A program made the position numbers and the translations under genes. From NCBI RefSeq assembly GCF_988243305.1, contig NZ_OZ547136.1: a stretch of DNA of 64,000 nucleotides. One strand, 5' to 3'. The first letter of the stretch is position 1. Every line of letters starts with the position of its first letter. The notes beneath the pieces are model-generated. The model was not told the origin of the DNA. It did not search any database and worked only from the letters and a program-made list of their open reading frames with translations. Shown in pieces: positions 30,670 through 43,597 of the stretch.

Positions 30670-31335
30670 ATGAACGTTTTCTCGCAAACTCAACGCTATA
30701 AGGCGTTGTTCTGGTTATCGTTATTTCATCTTCTGGTGATCACCTCCAGTAACTATCTGGTTCAGCTTCCGGTCTCCATTTTTGGTTTTCATACCACCTG
30801 GGGCGCGTTTAGCTTTCCGTTTATCTTTCTCGCTACTGACCTGACCGTGCGTATTTTTGGCGCACCGCTGGCCCGTCGTATCATCTTTGCGGTGATGATC
30901 CCGGCGTTGCTGATCTCCTACGTCATCTCGTCGCTGTTCTATATGGGCTCCTGGCAGGGATTCGGCGCACTCGCTCACTTCAACCTGTTTGTCGCCCGTA
31001 TCGCCACCGCCAGTTTCATGGCCTACGCGCTGGGCCAGATCCTCGACGTGCACGTTTTTAACCGCCTGCGTCAGAGTCGCCGCTGGTGGCTGGCACCAAC
31101 AGCTTCCACCCTGTTTGGGAACGTCAGCGACACGCTGGCCTTCTTCTTCATTGCCTTCTGGCGCAGCCCCGATGCCTTTATGGCTGAACACTGGATGGAA
31201 ATCGCGCTGGTCGATTACTGTTTCAAAGTGTTAATCAGTATCGTTTTCTTCCTGCCAATGTATGGCGTATTACTCAATATGCTGTTGAAAAGACTGGCAG
31301 ATAAATCTGAAATCAACGCTTTGCAGGCGAGTTAA
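30670..31335 (+). CDS. yhhQ: Queuosine precursor (preQ0/preQ1) transporter, COG1738
   Basis: 221-aa polytopic membrane protein matching YhhQ. Confidence 0.92.
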   Translation: MNVFSQTQRYKALFWLSLFHLLVITSSNYLVQLPVSIFGFHTTWGAFSFPFIFLATDLTVRIFGAPLARRIIFAVMIPALLISYVISSLFYMGSWQGFGALAHFNLFVARIATASFMAYALGQILDVHVFNRLRQSRRWWLAPTASTLFGNVSDTLAFFFIAFWRSPDAFMAEHWMEIALVDYCFKVLISIVFFLPMYGVLLNMLLKRLADKSEINALQAS

Positions 31336-31407
31336 AGGTTCGTGATCAGAGTTGTGATAAGATGGATGAATGAGCCGTTATGGCCGTTTATCGAAAGGAA
31401 GAAGTCA

Positions 31408-31965
31408 ATGCGCAATCTGGTTAAATATGTCGGAATTGGCCTGCTGGTTATGGGGCTTGCGGCCTGTGATGATAAAGACACTAACGCTACGGCGCAGGGT
31501 TCGGTCGCGGAAAGTAACGCTACCGGGAATCCCGTCAACCTGCTTGATGGCAAGTTAAGTTTCTCGCTGCCAGCGGATATGACCGACCAGAGCGGTAAGC
31601 TGGGAACGCAGGCCAATAACATGCATGTCTGGTCCGACGCCACCGGGCAGAAAGCAGTCATCGTCATCATGGGCGATGACCCGAAAGAAGATCTGGCGGT
31701 GCTGGCGAAGCGTCTGGAAGATCAGCAACGTAGCCGCGATCCGCAGCTGCAAGTGGTAACCAATAAAGCCATTGAGCTGAAAGGTCACAAAATGCAGCAG
31801 TTAGACAGCATTATCTCCGCGAAAGGCCAGACGGCGTACTCTTCCGTTATTCTGGGTAACGTGGGTAATCAACTGCTGACCATGCAAATTACGCTGCCCG
31901 CTGACGATCAGCAAAAAGCGCAGACCACCGCAGAAAACATCATTAATACGCTGGTTATTCAGTAA
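31408..31965 (+). CDS. dcrB: Periplasmic lipoprotein DcrB
   Basis: Start placed at [22 protein letters not shown] (lipobox LAAC) after AAGGAAGAAG; 185 aa. Confidence 0.9.
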
Positions 31966-31968
31966 GTT

Positions 31969-33186
31969 TTAAGATGATGAGGCGGCCTCAGGGACGTGTT
32001 CCGGAGGCCGTTTTTTTAATCGCCACGTCAGTAATAACGCGATTGCGACCAGTCCCGCCGCCGCCAGATAAATCACCGGTACGCCCGCCCAGCTCATCAC
32101 CAGCCCAGCCAGTGGTCCGGTCACGCCAAGCGATAAATCCATAAATACGGTGTAAGTTGCCAGCGCCGCCCCCTGATTTTGCTGCGGAACCGCTTTTACC
32201 GCCACTACACCCAATGCAGGGAACACCAGCGAAAACCCTGCCCCCGCCAGTAAGACGCCGATTTTCGCCATCCACGGCATAGTCGCCACGCCAACCAGTA
32301 GCAGGCCGATTATCTCAACGCTAAAGCAAATCATCGCCACGTTTAAGCCGCCGATACGGTTAATACCATTAGGGAATAACAAACGCGTACCGACAAACGC
32401 ACAGCTAAACAGCGTCAACGCGAAAGCCGCACCGTCCCAACCTTTAGCGTCATAAAACAGCGTGATAAAGGTGGCGATGACGCCAAATCCGGCGGAAGCC
32501 AGTGCCAGCGCCATACCGTACAGCCAGACGCGCCCAAGCACCGCGCGAAACGGCAGCGGTTTGCCTTTACTGGCTTTTACCGTCGGACGCGGGATCGCCA
32601 ACAAAATGGCCACCAGCGCCACGCCCATAATGATTAACGCTAACGCCTGCAAGCCGCCCCAGTGATAAAACACGACACCTAACGGCGCACCCATCGCCAT
32701 CGCCCCGTAAGTGACAATGCCGTTCCACGAAATCACCCGCCCGATATGCAGCGAGCCAACCACGCCAACGCCCCACAGGGTCGATCCCGTTCCGGCAAAA
32801 CTTTGCCCAATCCCAAGGATGACGCGTCCCAGGCAAAGTAATAACAGGCTGATGACGGGCAGACTGGCGGTTAATCCTGCCGTCAGATATCCCAAACCGC
32901 TCAAAAAGCAGCCGCATAAACCGAAGACGACAATCTTTTTGGGGCCCAGCAAATCGGCGTAACGTCCGGCATGAGGGCGGCTCAGCAAGGTGGCGAAATA
33001 TTGCAGGCTGATAACCAATCCTGCCCAGAAAGCGCTAAAGCCCATCACATCATGGACATAGCCCGGTAATACAGCGAGCGGCAACCCGATGGTGAGGTAG
33101 CTGGCGAAGTTAAACATGACAATGGAGACAATGCGCAAATTCAGGCGCAATCCGTTTAGCGCGGGTTCGGCTACGGGTTCGGGCAT
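31969..33186 (-). CDS. yhhS: MFS-family transporter
   Basis: Start placed at MPEPVAEPALNGLRLN (405 aa); 12-TM-type membrane protein. Confidence 0.9.
   Translation of the reverse strand: MPEPVAEPALNGLRLNLRIVSIVMFNFASYLTIGLPLAVLPGYVHDVMGFSAFWAGLVISLQYFATLLSRPHAGRYADLLGPKKIVVFGLCGCFLSGLGYLTAGLTASLPVISLLLLCLGRVILGIGQSFAGTGSTLWGVGVVGSLHIGRVISWNGIVTYGAMAMGAPLGVVFYHWGGLQALALIIMGVALVAILLAIPRPTVKASKGKPLPFRAVLGRVWLYGMALALASAGFGVIATFITLFYDAKGWDGAAFALTLFSCAFVGTRLLFPNGINRIGGLNVAMICFSVEIIGLLLVGVATMPWMAKIGVLLAGAGFSLVFPALGVVAVKAVPQQNQGAALATYTVFMDLSLGVTGPLAGLVMSWAGVPVIYLAAAGLVAIALLLTWRLKKRPPEHVPEAASSS
31983..32017 (+). terminator. Rho-independent terminator after dcrB, embedded in the 3' end of the convergent yhhS coding region
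   Basis: CGGCCTC-agggacgtgttccg-GAGGCCG hairpin followed by T7 on the plus strand. Confidence 0.55.
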
Positions 33187-33317
33187 GAGGATCACCACAT
33201 TTTTACAACAGTGTTTCATTTTTACCACGTGCTGACGTGAAAATCAGCAGTAAGAATCAGAATATTGCTGGCGTGACTCCCGCTACACTTAATACAAAAA
33301 GTCACAAGGAAGCCCCA

Positions 33318-34367
33318 ATGGAAACCCCTCAACCCGATAAAACGGGCATGCACATTCTGCTCAAGCTGGCCTCGCTGGTAGTGATCCTCGCGGGCATTCA
33401 CGCAGCGGCAGATATCATTGTGCAGCTGTTACTGGCGCTGTTTTTTGCCATCGTCCTCAACCCGCTCGTCACCTGGTTTATTCGTCGGGGAGTACAACGC
33501 TCCGTTGCCATTACGATTGTGGTGGTGGTGATGCTGATCGCACTAACTGCGCTGGTCGGCGTACTGGCGGCATCGTTTAACGAATTTATCTCTATGCTGC
33601 CGAAGTTTAATAAGGAGCTGACGCGCAAACTTTTTAAATTGCAGGAGATGTTGCCTTTTCTTAATTTGCATATGTCGCCGGAGCGAATGCTGCAGCGGAT
33701 GGACTCGGAAAAAGTGGTTACCTTCACCACGGCGCTAATGACCGGGCTTTCCGGGGCAATGGCGAGCGTGCTTTTGCTGGTGATGACCGTAGTTTTCATG
33801 CTGTTTGAAGTGCGCCACGTCCCTTACAAAATGCGTTTCGCGTTGAATAATCCACAGATTCACATCGCCGGACTACACCGCGCACTTAAAGGCGTTTCGC
33901 ATTATCTGGCGTTAAAGACGCTACTCAGTTTATGGACGGGTGTCATCGTCTGGCTGGGGCTGGCGCTAATGGGCGTACAGTTTGCGCTGATGTGGGCAGT
34001 ACTGGCGTTTTTGCTCAACTACGTGCCCAATATCGGTGCGGTAATTTCCGCCGTACCGCCAATGATTCAGGTGCTGCTGTTTAATGGTATTTACGAATGT
34101 ATTCTGGTCGGCGCATTGTTTTTAGTGGTCCATATGGTCATCGGCAATATTTTAGAGCCACGGATGATGGGCCATCGCCTGGGGATGTCCACCATGGTGG
34201 TATTTCTTTCATTGTTAATTTGGGGATGGCTGCTCGGCCCGGTAGGGATGCTACTTTCGGTGCCATTAACCAGCGTGTGTAAAATCTGGATGGAAACCAC
34301 CAAAGGCGGTAGCAAACTGGCGATTTTACTGGGACCAGGCAGACCGAAAAGTCGGTTACCGGGATGA
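33318..34367 (+). CDS. yhhT: AI-2E/UPF0118-family membrane transporter
   Basis: Start placed at METPQPDKTGMHILLK after AAGGA; 349 aa. Confidence 0.9.
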   Translation: METPQPDKTGMHILLKLASLVVILAGIHAAADIIVQLLLALFFAIVLNPLVTWFIRRGVQRSVAITIVVVVMLIALTALVGVLAASFNEFISMLPKFNKELTRKLFKLQEMLPFLNLHMSPERMLQRMDSEKVVTFTTALMTGLSGAMASVLLLVMTVVFMLFEVRHVPYKMRFALNNPQIHIAGLHRALKGVSHYLALKTLLSLWTGVIVWLGLALMGVQFALMWAVLAFLLNYVPNIGAVISAVPPMIQVLLFNGIYECILVGALFLVVHMVIGNILEPRMMGHRLGMSTMVVFLSLLIWGWLLGPVGMLLSVPLTSVCKIWMETTKGGSKLAILLGPGRPKSRLPG

Positions 34368-34421
34368 GGCGACAAGTGTTACGATACGCACTTTCATTTT
34401 CCATTAAACGTTGGCCCTGAT

Positions 34422-35009
34422 ATGTATCGGATAGTTCTGGGGAAAGTTTCGACCTTAAGCGCAGCTCCTCTGCCACCGGGTTTACGCGAGCAAGCACCGC
34501 AAGGTCCACGACGTGAACGCTGGCTGGCGGGGCGTGCATTGCTTTCGCACACGCTTTCCCCGCTACCGGAGATCATCTATGGCGAACAAGGCAAACCGGC
34601 ATTCGCGCCGGAAACGCCGCTATGGTTCAACTTAAGCCATAGCGGTGACGATATCGCCCTGCTGTTGAGCGATGAAGGCGAAGTCGGCTGCGATATCGAA
34701 GTGATTCGCCCGCGCGCCAACTGGCGCTGGCTGGCGAACGCCGTGTTCAGCCTCGGGGAACACGCTGAGATGGACGCCGTGCATCCTGATCAGCAACTGG
34801 AAATGTTCTGGCGCATCTGGACGCGCAAAGAAGCCATCGTTAAACAGCGTGGCGGCAGCGCCTGGCAAATCGTCAGCGTAGACAGCACCTATCAGTCATC
34901 ACTGTCAGTCAGCCATTGTCAGCTAGAAAATTTAAGCCTGGCGATCTGCACCCCTACCCCCTTTACGCTCACCGCCGACAGTGTGCAATGGATCGATTCA
35001 GTTAACTGA
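34422..35009 (+). CDS. acpT: 4'-phosphopantetheinyl transferase
   Basis: 195-aa ORF matching AcpT. Confidence 0.9.
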   Translation: MYRIVLGKVSTLSAAPLPPGLREQAPQGPRRERWLAGRALLSHTLSPLPEIIYGEQGKPAFAPETPLWFNLSHSGDDIALLLSDEGEVGCDIEVIRPRANWRWLANAVFSLGEHAEMDAVHPDQQLEMFWRIWTRKEAIVKQRGGSAWQIVSVDSTYQSSLSVSHCQLENLSLAICTPTPFTLTADSVQWIDSVN

Positions 35010-35054
35010 TCCGCCCACCCGACTGCCCATCTATTGATCCAGAACAGGTAATCA

Positions 35055-35082
35055 GTATGACGAATACTTAAAATCGTCATAC
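35055..35082 (+). promoter_or_regulatory. NikR operator in the nikA promoter
   Basis: GTATGA-N16-TCATAC dyad about 40 bp before the nikA ATG; an FNR-like half site TTGATccagAACAG lies at 35034-35047. Confidence 0.75.
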
Positions 35083-35119
35083 TTATTTCCGCCATCTATT
35101 TTAATCCATTGGGGTTACC

Positions 35120-36694
35120 ATGTTCTCTACACTCCGCCGCACTCTATTTGCGCTGCTGGCTTGTGCGTCTTTTATCGTCCATGCCGCTGCACCAGATGAA
35201 ATCACCACCGCCTGGCCGGTGAATGTCGGGCCACTAAACCCGCACCTTTACACGCCTAACCAAATGTTCGCCCAGAGCATGGTTTATGAACCGCTGGTGA
35301 AATATCAGGCAGACGGTTCGGTGATCCCGTGGCTGGCAAAAAGCTGGACTCATTCAGAAGATGGTAAAACCTGGACCTTCACCCTGCGTGATGACGTGAA
35401 ATTCTCCAACGGCGAACCGTTTGATGCAGAGGCGGCGGCAGAAAACTTCCGCGCAGTGCTCGATAACCGTCAACGTCACGCCTGGCTGGAGCTGGCAAAC
35501 CAGATTGTTGATGTCAAAGCACTCAGTAAAAACGAGCTGCAAATCACCCTGAAAAGCGCCTACTATCCTTTCCTGCAAGAACTGGCCCTGCCCCGTCCTT
35601 TCCGTTTTATCGCACCCTCGCAGTTTAAAAACCACGAAACCATGAACGGAATTAAAGCGCCGATTGGCACCGGGCCGTGGGTTTTACAGGAATCGAAACT
35701 GAATCAGTACGATGTCTTCGTCCGTAACGAAAACTACTGGGGCGAAAAGCCGGCGATTAAAAAGATCACCTTTAACGTGATCCCGGACCCGACTACCCGC
35801 GCGGTGGCGTTTGAAACTGGCGATATCGACCTGCTGTACGGAAACGAAGGGTTATTACCGCTCGATACCTTCGCCCGCTTTAGCCAGAACCCGGCTTACC
35901 ACACCCAACTGTCACAGCCGATCGAAACCGTGATGCTGGCGCTCAATACCGCCAAAGCCCCCACCAACGAGCTGGCCGTACGTGAAGCTCTTAATTACGC
36001 GGTAAACAAAAAATCGCTGATTGATAACGCGTTGTATGGCACCCAGCAGGTCGCCGACACCCTGTTTGCTCCTTCTGTGCCCTATGCCAACCTCGGCCTG
36101 AAACCGCGCCAGTACGATCCGCAGAAAGCGAAAGCGTTGCTGGAAAAAGCCGGTTGGACGTTGCCTGCGGGCAAAGACATCCGCGAGAAAAATGGTCAGC
36201 CGCTGCGCATTGAACTGTCGTTCATCGGCACCGATGCGTTAAGCAAATCGATGGCGGAAATCATTCAGGCTAATATGCGCCAGATTGGCGCAGATGTCTC
36301 ACTGATTGGCGAAGAAGAGAGCAGTATCTATGCTCGTCAGCGCGACGGTCGTTTTGGCATGATTTTCCATCGCACCTGGGGCGCGCCATACGATCCACAC
36401 GCCTTCCTGAGTTCAATGCGCGTACCGTCGCACGCTGATTTCCAGGCACAGCAAGGATTAGCCGACAAGCCGCTGATTGATAAAGAGATCGGCGAAGTGC
36501 TGGCGACCCATGACGAAACGCAACGTCAGGCGCTGTATCGCGACATTCTGACCCGTCTGCATGACGAGGCGGTTTATCTGCCTATCAGTTACATCTCAAT
36601 GATGGTGGTATCAAAACCGGAGCTGGGTAACATCCCCTACGCGCCGATCGCCACCGAAATTCCGTTCGAACAGATTAAACCGGTGAAACCTTAA
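35120..36694 (+). CDS. nikA: Nickel ABC transporter periplasmic binding protein
   Basis: 524 aa with signal peptide; matches NikA. Confidence 0.95.
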   Translation: MFSTLRRTLFALLACASFIVHAAAPDEITTAWPVNVGPLNPHLYTPNQMFAQSMVYEPLVKYQADGSVIPWLAKSWTHSEDGKTWTFTLRDDVKFSNGEPFDAEAAAENFRAVLDNRQRHAWLELANQIVDVKALSKNELQITLKSAYYPFLQELALPRPFRFIAPSQFKNHETMNGIKAPIGTGPWVLQESKLNQYDVFVRNENYWGEKPAIKKITFNVIPDPTTRAVAFETGDIDLLYGNEGLLPLDTFARFSQNPAYHTQLSQPIETVMLALNTAKAPTNELAVREALNYAVNKKSLIDNALYGTQQVADTLFAPSVPYANLGLKPRQYDPQKAKALLEKAGWTLPAGKDIREKNGQPLRIELSFIGTDALSKSMAEIIQANMRQIGADVSLIGEEESSIYARQRDGRFGMIFHRTWGAPYDPHAFLSSMRVPSHADFQAQQGLADKPLIDKEIGEVLATHDETQRQALYRDILTRLHDEAVYLPISYISMMVVSKPELGNIPYAPIATEIPFEQIKPVKP

Positions 36695-37634
36695 TGTTGC
36701 GTTACGTATTACGCCGCTTTCTGCTGCTGATCCCGATGGTGCTCGCCGCCTCGGTGATCATTTTTCTGATGCTGCGCCTCGGCACCGGCGACCCGGCGCT
36801 CGATTATCTGCGTCTGTCTAACCTGCCGCCGACGCCGGAGATGCTGGCTTCTACCCGCACCATGCTGGGGCTGGATCAGCCGCTGTATGTCCAGTACGGC
36901 ACCTGGTTGTGGAAGGCGCTGCATCTTGACTTTGGTATCTCATTCGCCAGCCAACGCCCGGTGCTGGACGATATGCTGAACTTCCTGCCCGCCACGCTGG
37001 AACTTGCAGGTGCCGCGCTGGTGTTAATTCTGCTCACTTCCGTACCGCTCGGTATCTGGGCGGCGCGCCATCGCGATCGTCTGCCGGATTTCGCCGTACG
37101 TTTCATCGCGTTTCTCGGCGTGTCGATGCCCAACTTCTGGCTGGCGTTTTTACTGGTGATGGCGTTTTCGGTGTATCTGCAATGGCTACCCGCGATGGGC
37201 TACGGCGGCTGGCAGCACATCATTTTGCCTGCGGTTTCCATTGCCTTTATGTCGCTGGCGATTAATGCACGGCTACTGCGCGCCAGTATGCTGGACGTCG
37301 CCGGTCAGCGTCACGTCACCTGGGCGCGGCTACGCAGCCTGAACGACAAACAGACCGAACGTCGTCATATTCTGCGCAATGCCTCGCTGCCGATGATCAC
37401 CGCCGTGGGGATGCACATTGGCGAACTGATTGGCGGGACGATGATTATCGAAAACATCTTTGCCTGGCCGGGCGTCGGGCGCTATGCGGTATCGGCGATT
37501 TTTAACCGTGACTATCCGGTGATCCAGTGCTTTACGCTGATGATGGTGGTGGTTTTTGTGGTCTGTAATTTGATTGTTGATTTGCTCAACGCCGCGCTGG
37601 ACCCGCGCATTCGTCGTCATGAAGGAGCCCACGC

Positions 37635-37638
<4 letters not shown>
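36694..37638 (+). CDS. nikB: Nickel ABC transporter permease
   Basis: 314-aa membrane protein; start overlaps the nikA stop. Confidence 0.95.
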
Positions 37639-40441
<2,803 letters not shown>

Positions 40442-40639
40442 CACCTCCCAACGCGCCGTTATTTCCTGACGGCGCAGTAGACTTCTGCCAAATATCGACT
40501 CACGTCACATTTTTTTGATCACGATTTGGTCCCTCAAAATGTGAGACGCTTCGATCCTCTTTTTCTCCCGTTCACCTACTATACGCTTGAAGTTGTCCAT
40601 GATTGTCCATAGACAACTGTAAATGTTCAGGTGCGCGCC

Positions 40640-41386
40640 ATGAAATCATTAAGTAAGTCGTCACAAATACCGCTCTATCAACAAGTGGTGGAGTGGATAA
40701 GAGAAAGTATTTATACCGGGGATTTGGTGGAAGACGATCGCATTCCTTCGGAATACCAGATTATGGATATGCTGGAAGTGAGTCGGGGAACCGTTAAAAA
40801 AGCAGTCGCCCAACTGGTAAAAGAAGGCGTGTTGATTCAGGTCCAGGGGAAGGGAACATTTGTCAAAAAAGAGAACGTGGCATATCCGTTAGGTGAAGGA
40901 TTATTGTCATTCGCGGAATCGCTGGAAAGCCAGAAAATACACTTTACCACTGAAGTTATTACGTCACGGATTGAACCGGCTAATCGTTATGTGGCAGAGA
41001 AATTAAGAATAACGCCCGGTCAGGATATTCTTTACCTTGAGCGTTTACGTTCAATTGGTGATGAAAAAGCGATGCTGATAGAGAACCGTATCAATATTGA
41101 GCTATGCCCCGGCATCGTGGAAATCGATTTTAATCAACACAATTTATTTCCAACAATAGAAAGTTTGTCGCAAAGAAAAATTCGTTACTCGGAAAGTCGC
41201 TATGCCGCGCGATTAATTGGTAATGAACGCGGTCATTTTTTAGATATCAGTGAAGATGCACCCGTTTTGCATCTGGAGCAGTTAGTCTTTTTCTCCCGAG
41301 AGTTACCCGTTGAGTTTGGCAACGTCTGGTTAAAAGGAAATAAATATTATCTGGGTACCGTGCTGCAACGGCGGGAATTGAGTTAA
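40640..41386 (+). CDS. GntR/HutC-family transcriptional regulator (winged HTH plus UTRA-type effector domain)
   Basis: About 248 aa; N-terminus IPLYQQVVEWIRESIYTGDLVEDDRIPSEYQIMDMLEVSRGTVKKAVAQLVKEGVL is a typical GntR HTH; not in K-12 at this position. Confidence 0.8.
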   Translation: MKSLSKSSQIPLYQQVVEWIRESIYTGDLVEDDRIPSEYQIMDMLEVSRGTVKKAVAQLVKEGVLIQVQGKGTFVKKENVAYPLGEGLLSFAESLESQKIHFTTEVITSRIEPANRYVAEKLRITPGQDILYLERLRSIGDEKAMLIENRINIELCPGIVEIDFNQHNLFPTIESLSQRKIRYSESRYAARLIGNERGHFLDISEDAPVLHLEQLVFFSRELPVEFGNVWLKGNKYYLGTVLQRRELS

Positions 41387-41410
41387 ATACACTTTTTTAT
41401 GAGGAATAAA

Positions 41411-41884
41411 ATGCAAGGCATACAGTTTCAGGAAAATTATATTCAACGACTTCCGTCAGGGTTAAGCGTTGAACAGATCATCCGTCAGTTAGCGCAACCG
41501 TTGGTTGCTGCTGAGCTGGTGGTCCCTGATTTTGCCGATCACGTACTGAAACGTGAGGCGACGTACCCAACGGGGCTGCCTACCGAACCACCGTGCGTCG
41601 CCATTCCGCACACGGACCATAAATATGTCAGGCACAATGCAATTGCCGTCGGCATCCTGCCGGAACCGGTAGAGTTTGCCGATATGGGCGGCGATCCTGA
41701 CCCCGTACCTGTCAGGGTGATTTTTTTGCTCGCCTTAAGCGAAAGTAATAAACAATTAAATGCCCTGGGCTGGATTATGGAGATGATTCAGGATACGCCC
41801 TTTATGTGCGCCCTGCTTACGATGGAAACAACAGAAATACACACAGTAATCTTAAACAAAATGAAAGAACGAGGTGAAATATGA
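41411..41884 (+). CDS. PTS enzyme IIA, type-2 (fructose/mannitol/galactitol class)
   Basis: ATG at 41411 after GAGGA; contains VAIPHTDH, a candidate phospho-His site; about 157 aa. Confidence 0.75.
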   Translation: MQGIQFQENYIQRLPSGLSVEQIIRQLAQPLVAAELVVPDFADHVLKREATYPTGLPTEPPCVAIPHTDHKYVRHNAIAVGILPEPVEFADMGGDPDPVPVRVIFLLALSESNKQLNALGWIMEMIQDTPFMCALLTMETTEIHTVILNKMKERGEI

Positions 41885-42162
41885 GTCAAACCATTTTATT
41901 TGTCTGCGCCACGGGTATTGCCACATCCACGGCGGTAACAGAAAAAGTCATGGAATATTGTAAAGAGCACGGTCTTAACGTCAATTATTCCCAAACCAAC
42001 GTTGCCTCTTTACCTGGAAATACTGACGGCGTAGCACTGGTAGTCTCAACGACTAAAGTGCCTTATGAACTCGACGTCCCGGTGGTTAACGGCTTGCCGA
42101 TTATTACCGGTATTGGCGAAGAGAAAGTACTGGCGCAAATTGTTTCGATCCTTAAAAAGTAA
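41881..42162 (+). CDS. PTS enzyme IIB, galactitol family
   Basis: 93 aa; MSQTILFVCATGIATSTAV resembles GatB with the phospho-Cys in the C(A)TG motif; 4-bp overlap with IIA. Confidence 0.8.
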   Translation: MSQTILFVCATGIATSTAVTEKVMEYCKEHGLNVNYSQTNVASLPGNTDGVALVVSTTKVPYELDVPVVNGLPIITGIGEEKVLAQIVSILKK

Positions 42163-42238
42163 TTAATAATAATTAATTTCAACCCACTCCATCAGGCGCT
42201 AACGCGAGGTGCGCTCTCGCCTGAAAAAGAGGTTTATT

Positions 42239-43597
42239 ATGAACGATATCGCGCATACCCTCTATAATATTGTGCAATATATATTGGGATTTGGTCCCAC
42301 GGTAATGTTGCCGTTGGTGTTATTTATTCTTGCTCTCTTTTTTAAAGTAAAACCCGCTAAAGCCTTACGTTCGTCATTAACGGTCGGCATTGGTTTTGTC
42401 GGTATTTATGCCATTTTCGATATTCTTACCAGCAATGTCGGGCCAGCGGCCCAGGCGATGGTTGAACGCACCGGAATTAATTTACCGGTGGTGGATTTAG
42501 GCTGGCCGCCGCTTTCCGCTATTACATGGGGTTCGCCAATTGCCCCGTTTGTTATTCCCCTGACTATTCTGATTAACGTGGCGATGCTGGCGTTAAATAA
42601 AACCCGCACCGTTGACGTAGATATGTGGAACTACTGGCATTTTGCCCTTGCCGGTACGCTGGTTTATTACAGCACCGGCAGCCTGTTCTTTGGTTTGCTG
42701 GCAGCGGCGATTGCTGCGGTGGTAGTACTTAAACTCGCCGACTGGTCTGCGCCACTGGTACAAAAATACTTTGGCCTGGAAGGGATCTCTTTGCCGACGC
42801 TCTCTTCGGTGGTGTTCTTCCCGGTCGGTCTGCTGGTCGACAAAATCATCGACCATATCCCCGGCCTCAATCGTATTCATATCGATCCGGAAACCGTGCA
42901 GAAAAAGTTTGGCATCTTCGGTGAACCGATGATGGTTGGCACTATTCTGGGCATTCTGCTCGGCGTAATTGCCGGATACGATTTCAAAAAAGTCTTGCTG
43001 CTTGGCATCAGCATTGGCGGTGTGATGTTCATCCTGCCACGCATGGTTCGCATTCTGATGGAAGGTTTATTACCGCTGTCTGAAGCCATTAAAAAGTATC
43101 TCAATGCCAAATACCCTGACCGTGACGATCTCTATATCGGCCTGGATATCGCCGTTGCCGTAGGTAACCCAGCGATTATCTCCACCGCCCTGCTGCTGAC
43201 GCCAATCTCGGTCTTTATCGCGTTTGTCCTTCCGGGTAATGAAGTCCTGCCGCTTGGCGACCTTGCCAACCTGGCGGTAATGGCGTCGATGATTGCTTTA
43301 GCCAGCCGTGGCAACATTTTCCGCACCGTTCTGGCGGCGATTCCGGTGATTATTGCCGATCTGTGGATTGCGACTAAAATCGCGCCGTTTATTACCGGAA
43401 TGGCGAAAGACGTTAATTTCAAATTTGCCGAAGGCTCCAGCGGCCAGGTCTCCAGTTTCCTTGATGGCGGTAACCCATTCCGCTTCTGGCTGCTGGAAAT
43501 CTTCAACGGCAATCTCATCGCCATTGGTCTGGTGCCGGTTATCGCCCTGGTACTGTATGGTATTTTCCGAATGACGCGGAGCACGGTTTATGCCTGA
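42239..43597 (+). CDS. PTS enzyme IIC, galactitol family
   Basis: ATG at 42239 after AAGAGG; polytopic membrane protein with clear similarity to GatC (GPTVMLP..., ...VDVGWP..., ...PRMV..., ...GNEVLPLGDLA...). Confidence 0.85.
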   Translation: MNDIAHTLYNIVQYILGFGPTVMLPLVLFILALFFKVKPAKALRSSLTVGIGFVGIYAIFDILTSNVGPAAQAMVERTGINLPVVDLGWPPLSAITWGSPIAPFVIPLTILINVAMLALNKTRTVDVDMWNYWHFALAGTLVYYSTGSLFFGLLAAAIAAVVVLKLADWSAPLVQKYFGLEGISLPTLSSVVFFPVGLLVDKIIDHIPGLNRIHIDPETVQKKFGIFGEPMMVGTILGILLGVIAGYDFKKVLLLGISIGGVMFILPRMVRILMEGLLPLSEAIKKYLNAKYPDRDDLYIGLDIAVAVGNPAIISTALLLTPISVFIAFVLPGNEVLPLGDLANLAVMASMIALASRGNIFRTVLAAIPVIIADLWIATKIAPFITGMAKDVNFKFAEGSSGQVSSFLDGGNPFRFWLLEIFNGNLIAIGLVPVIALVLYGIFRMTRSTVYA

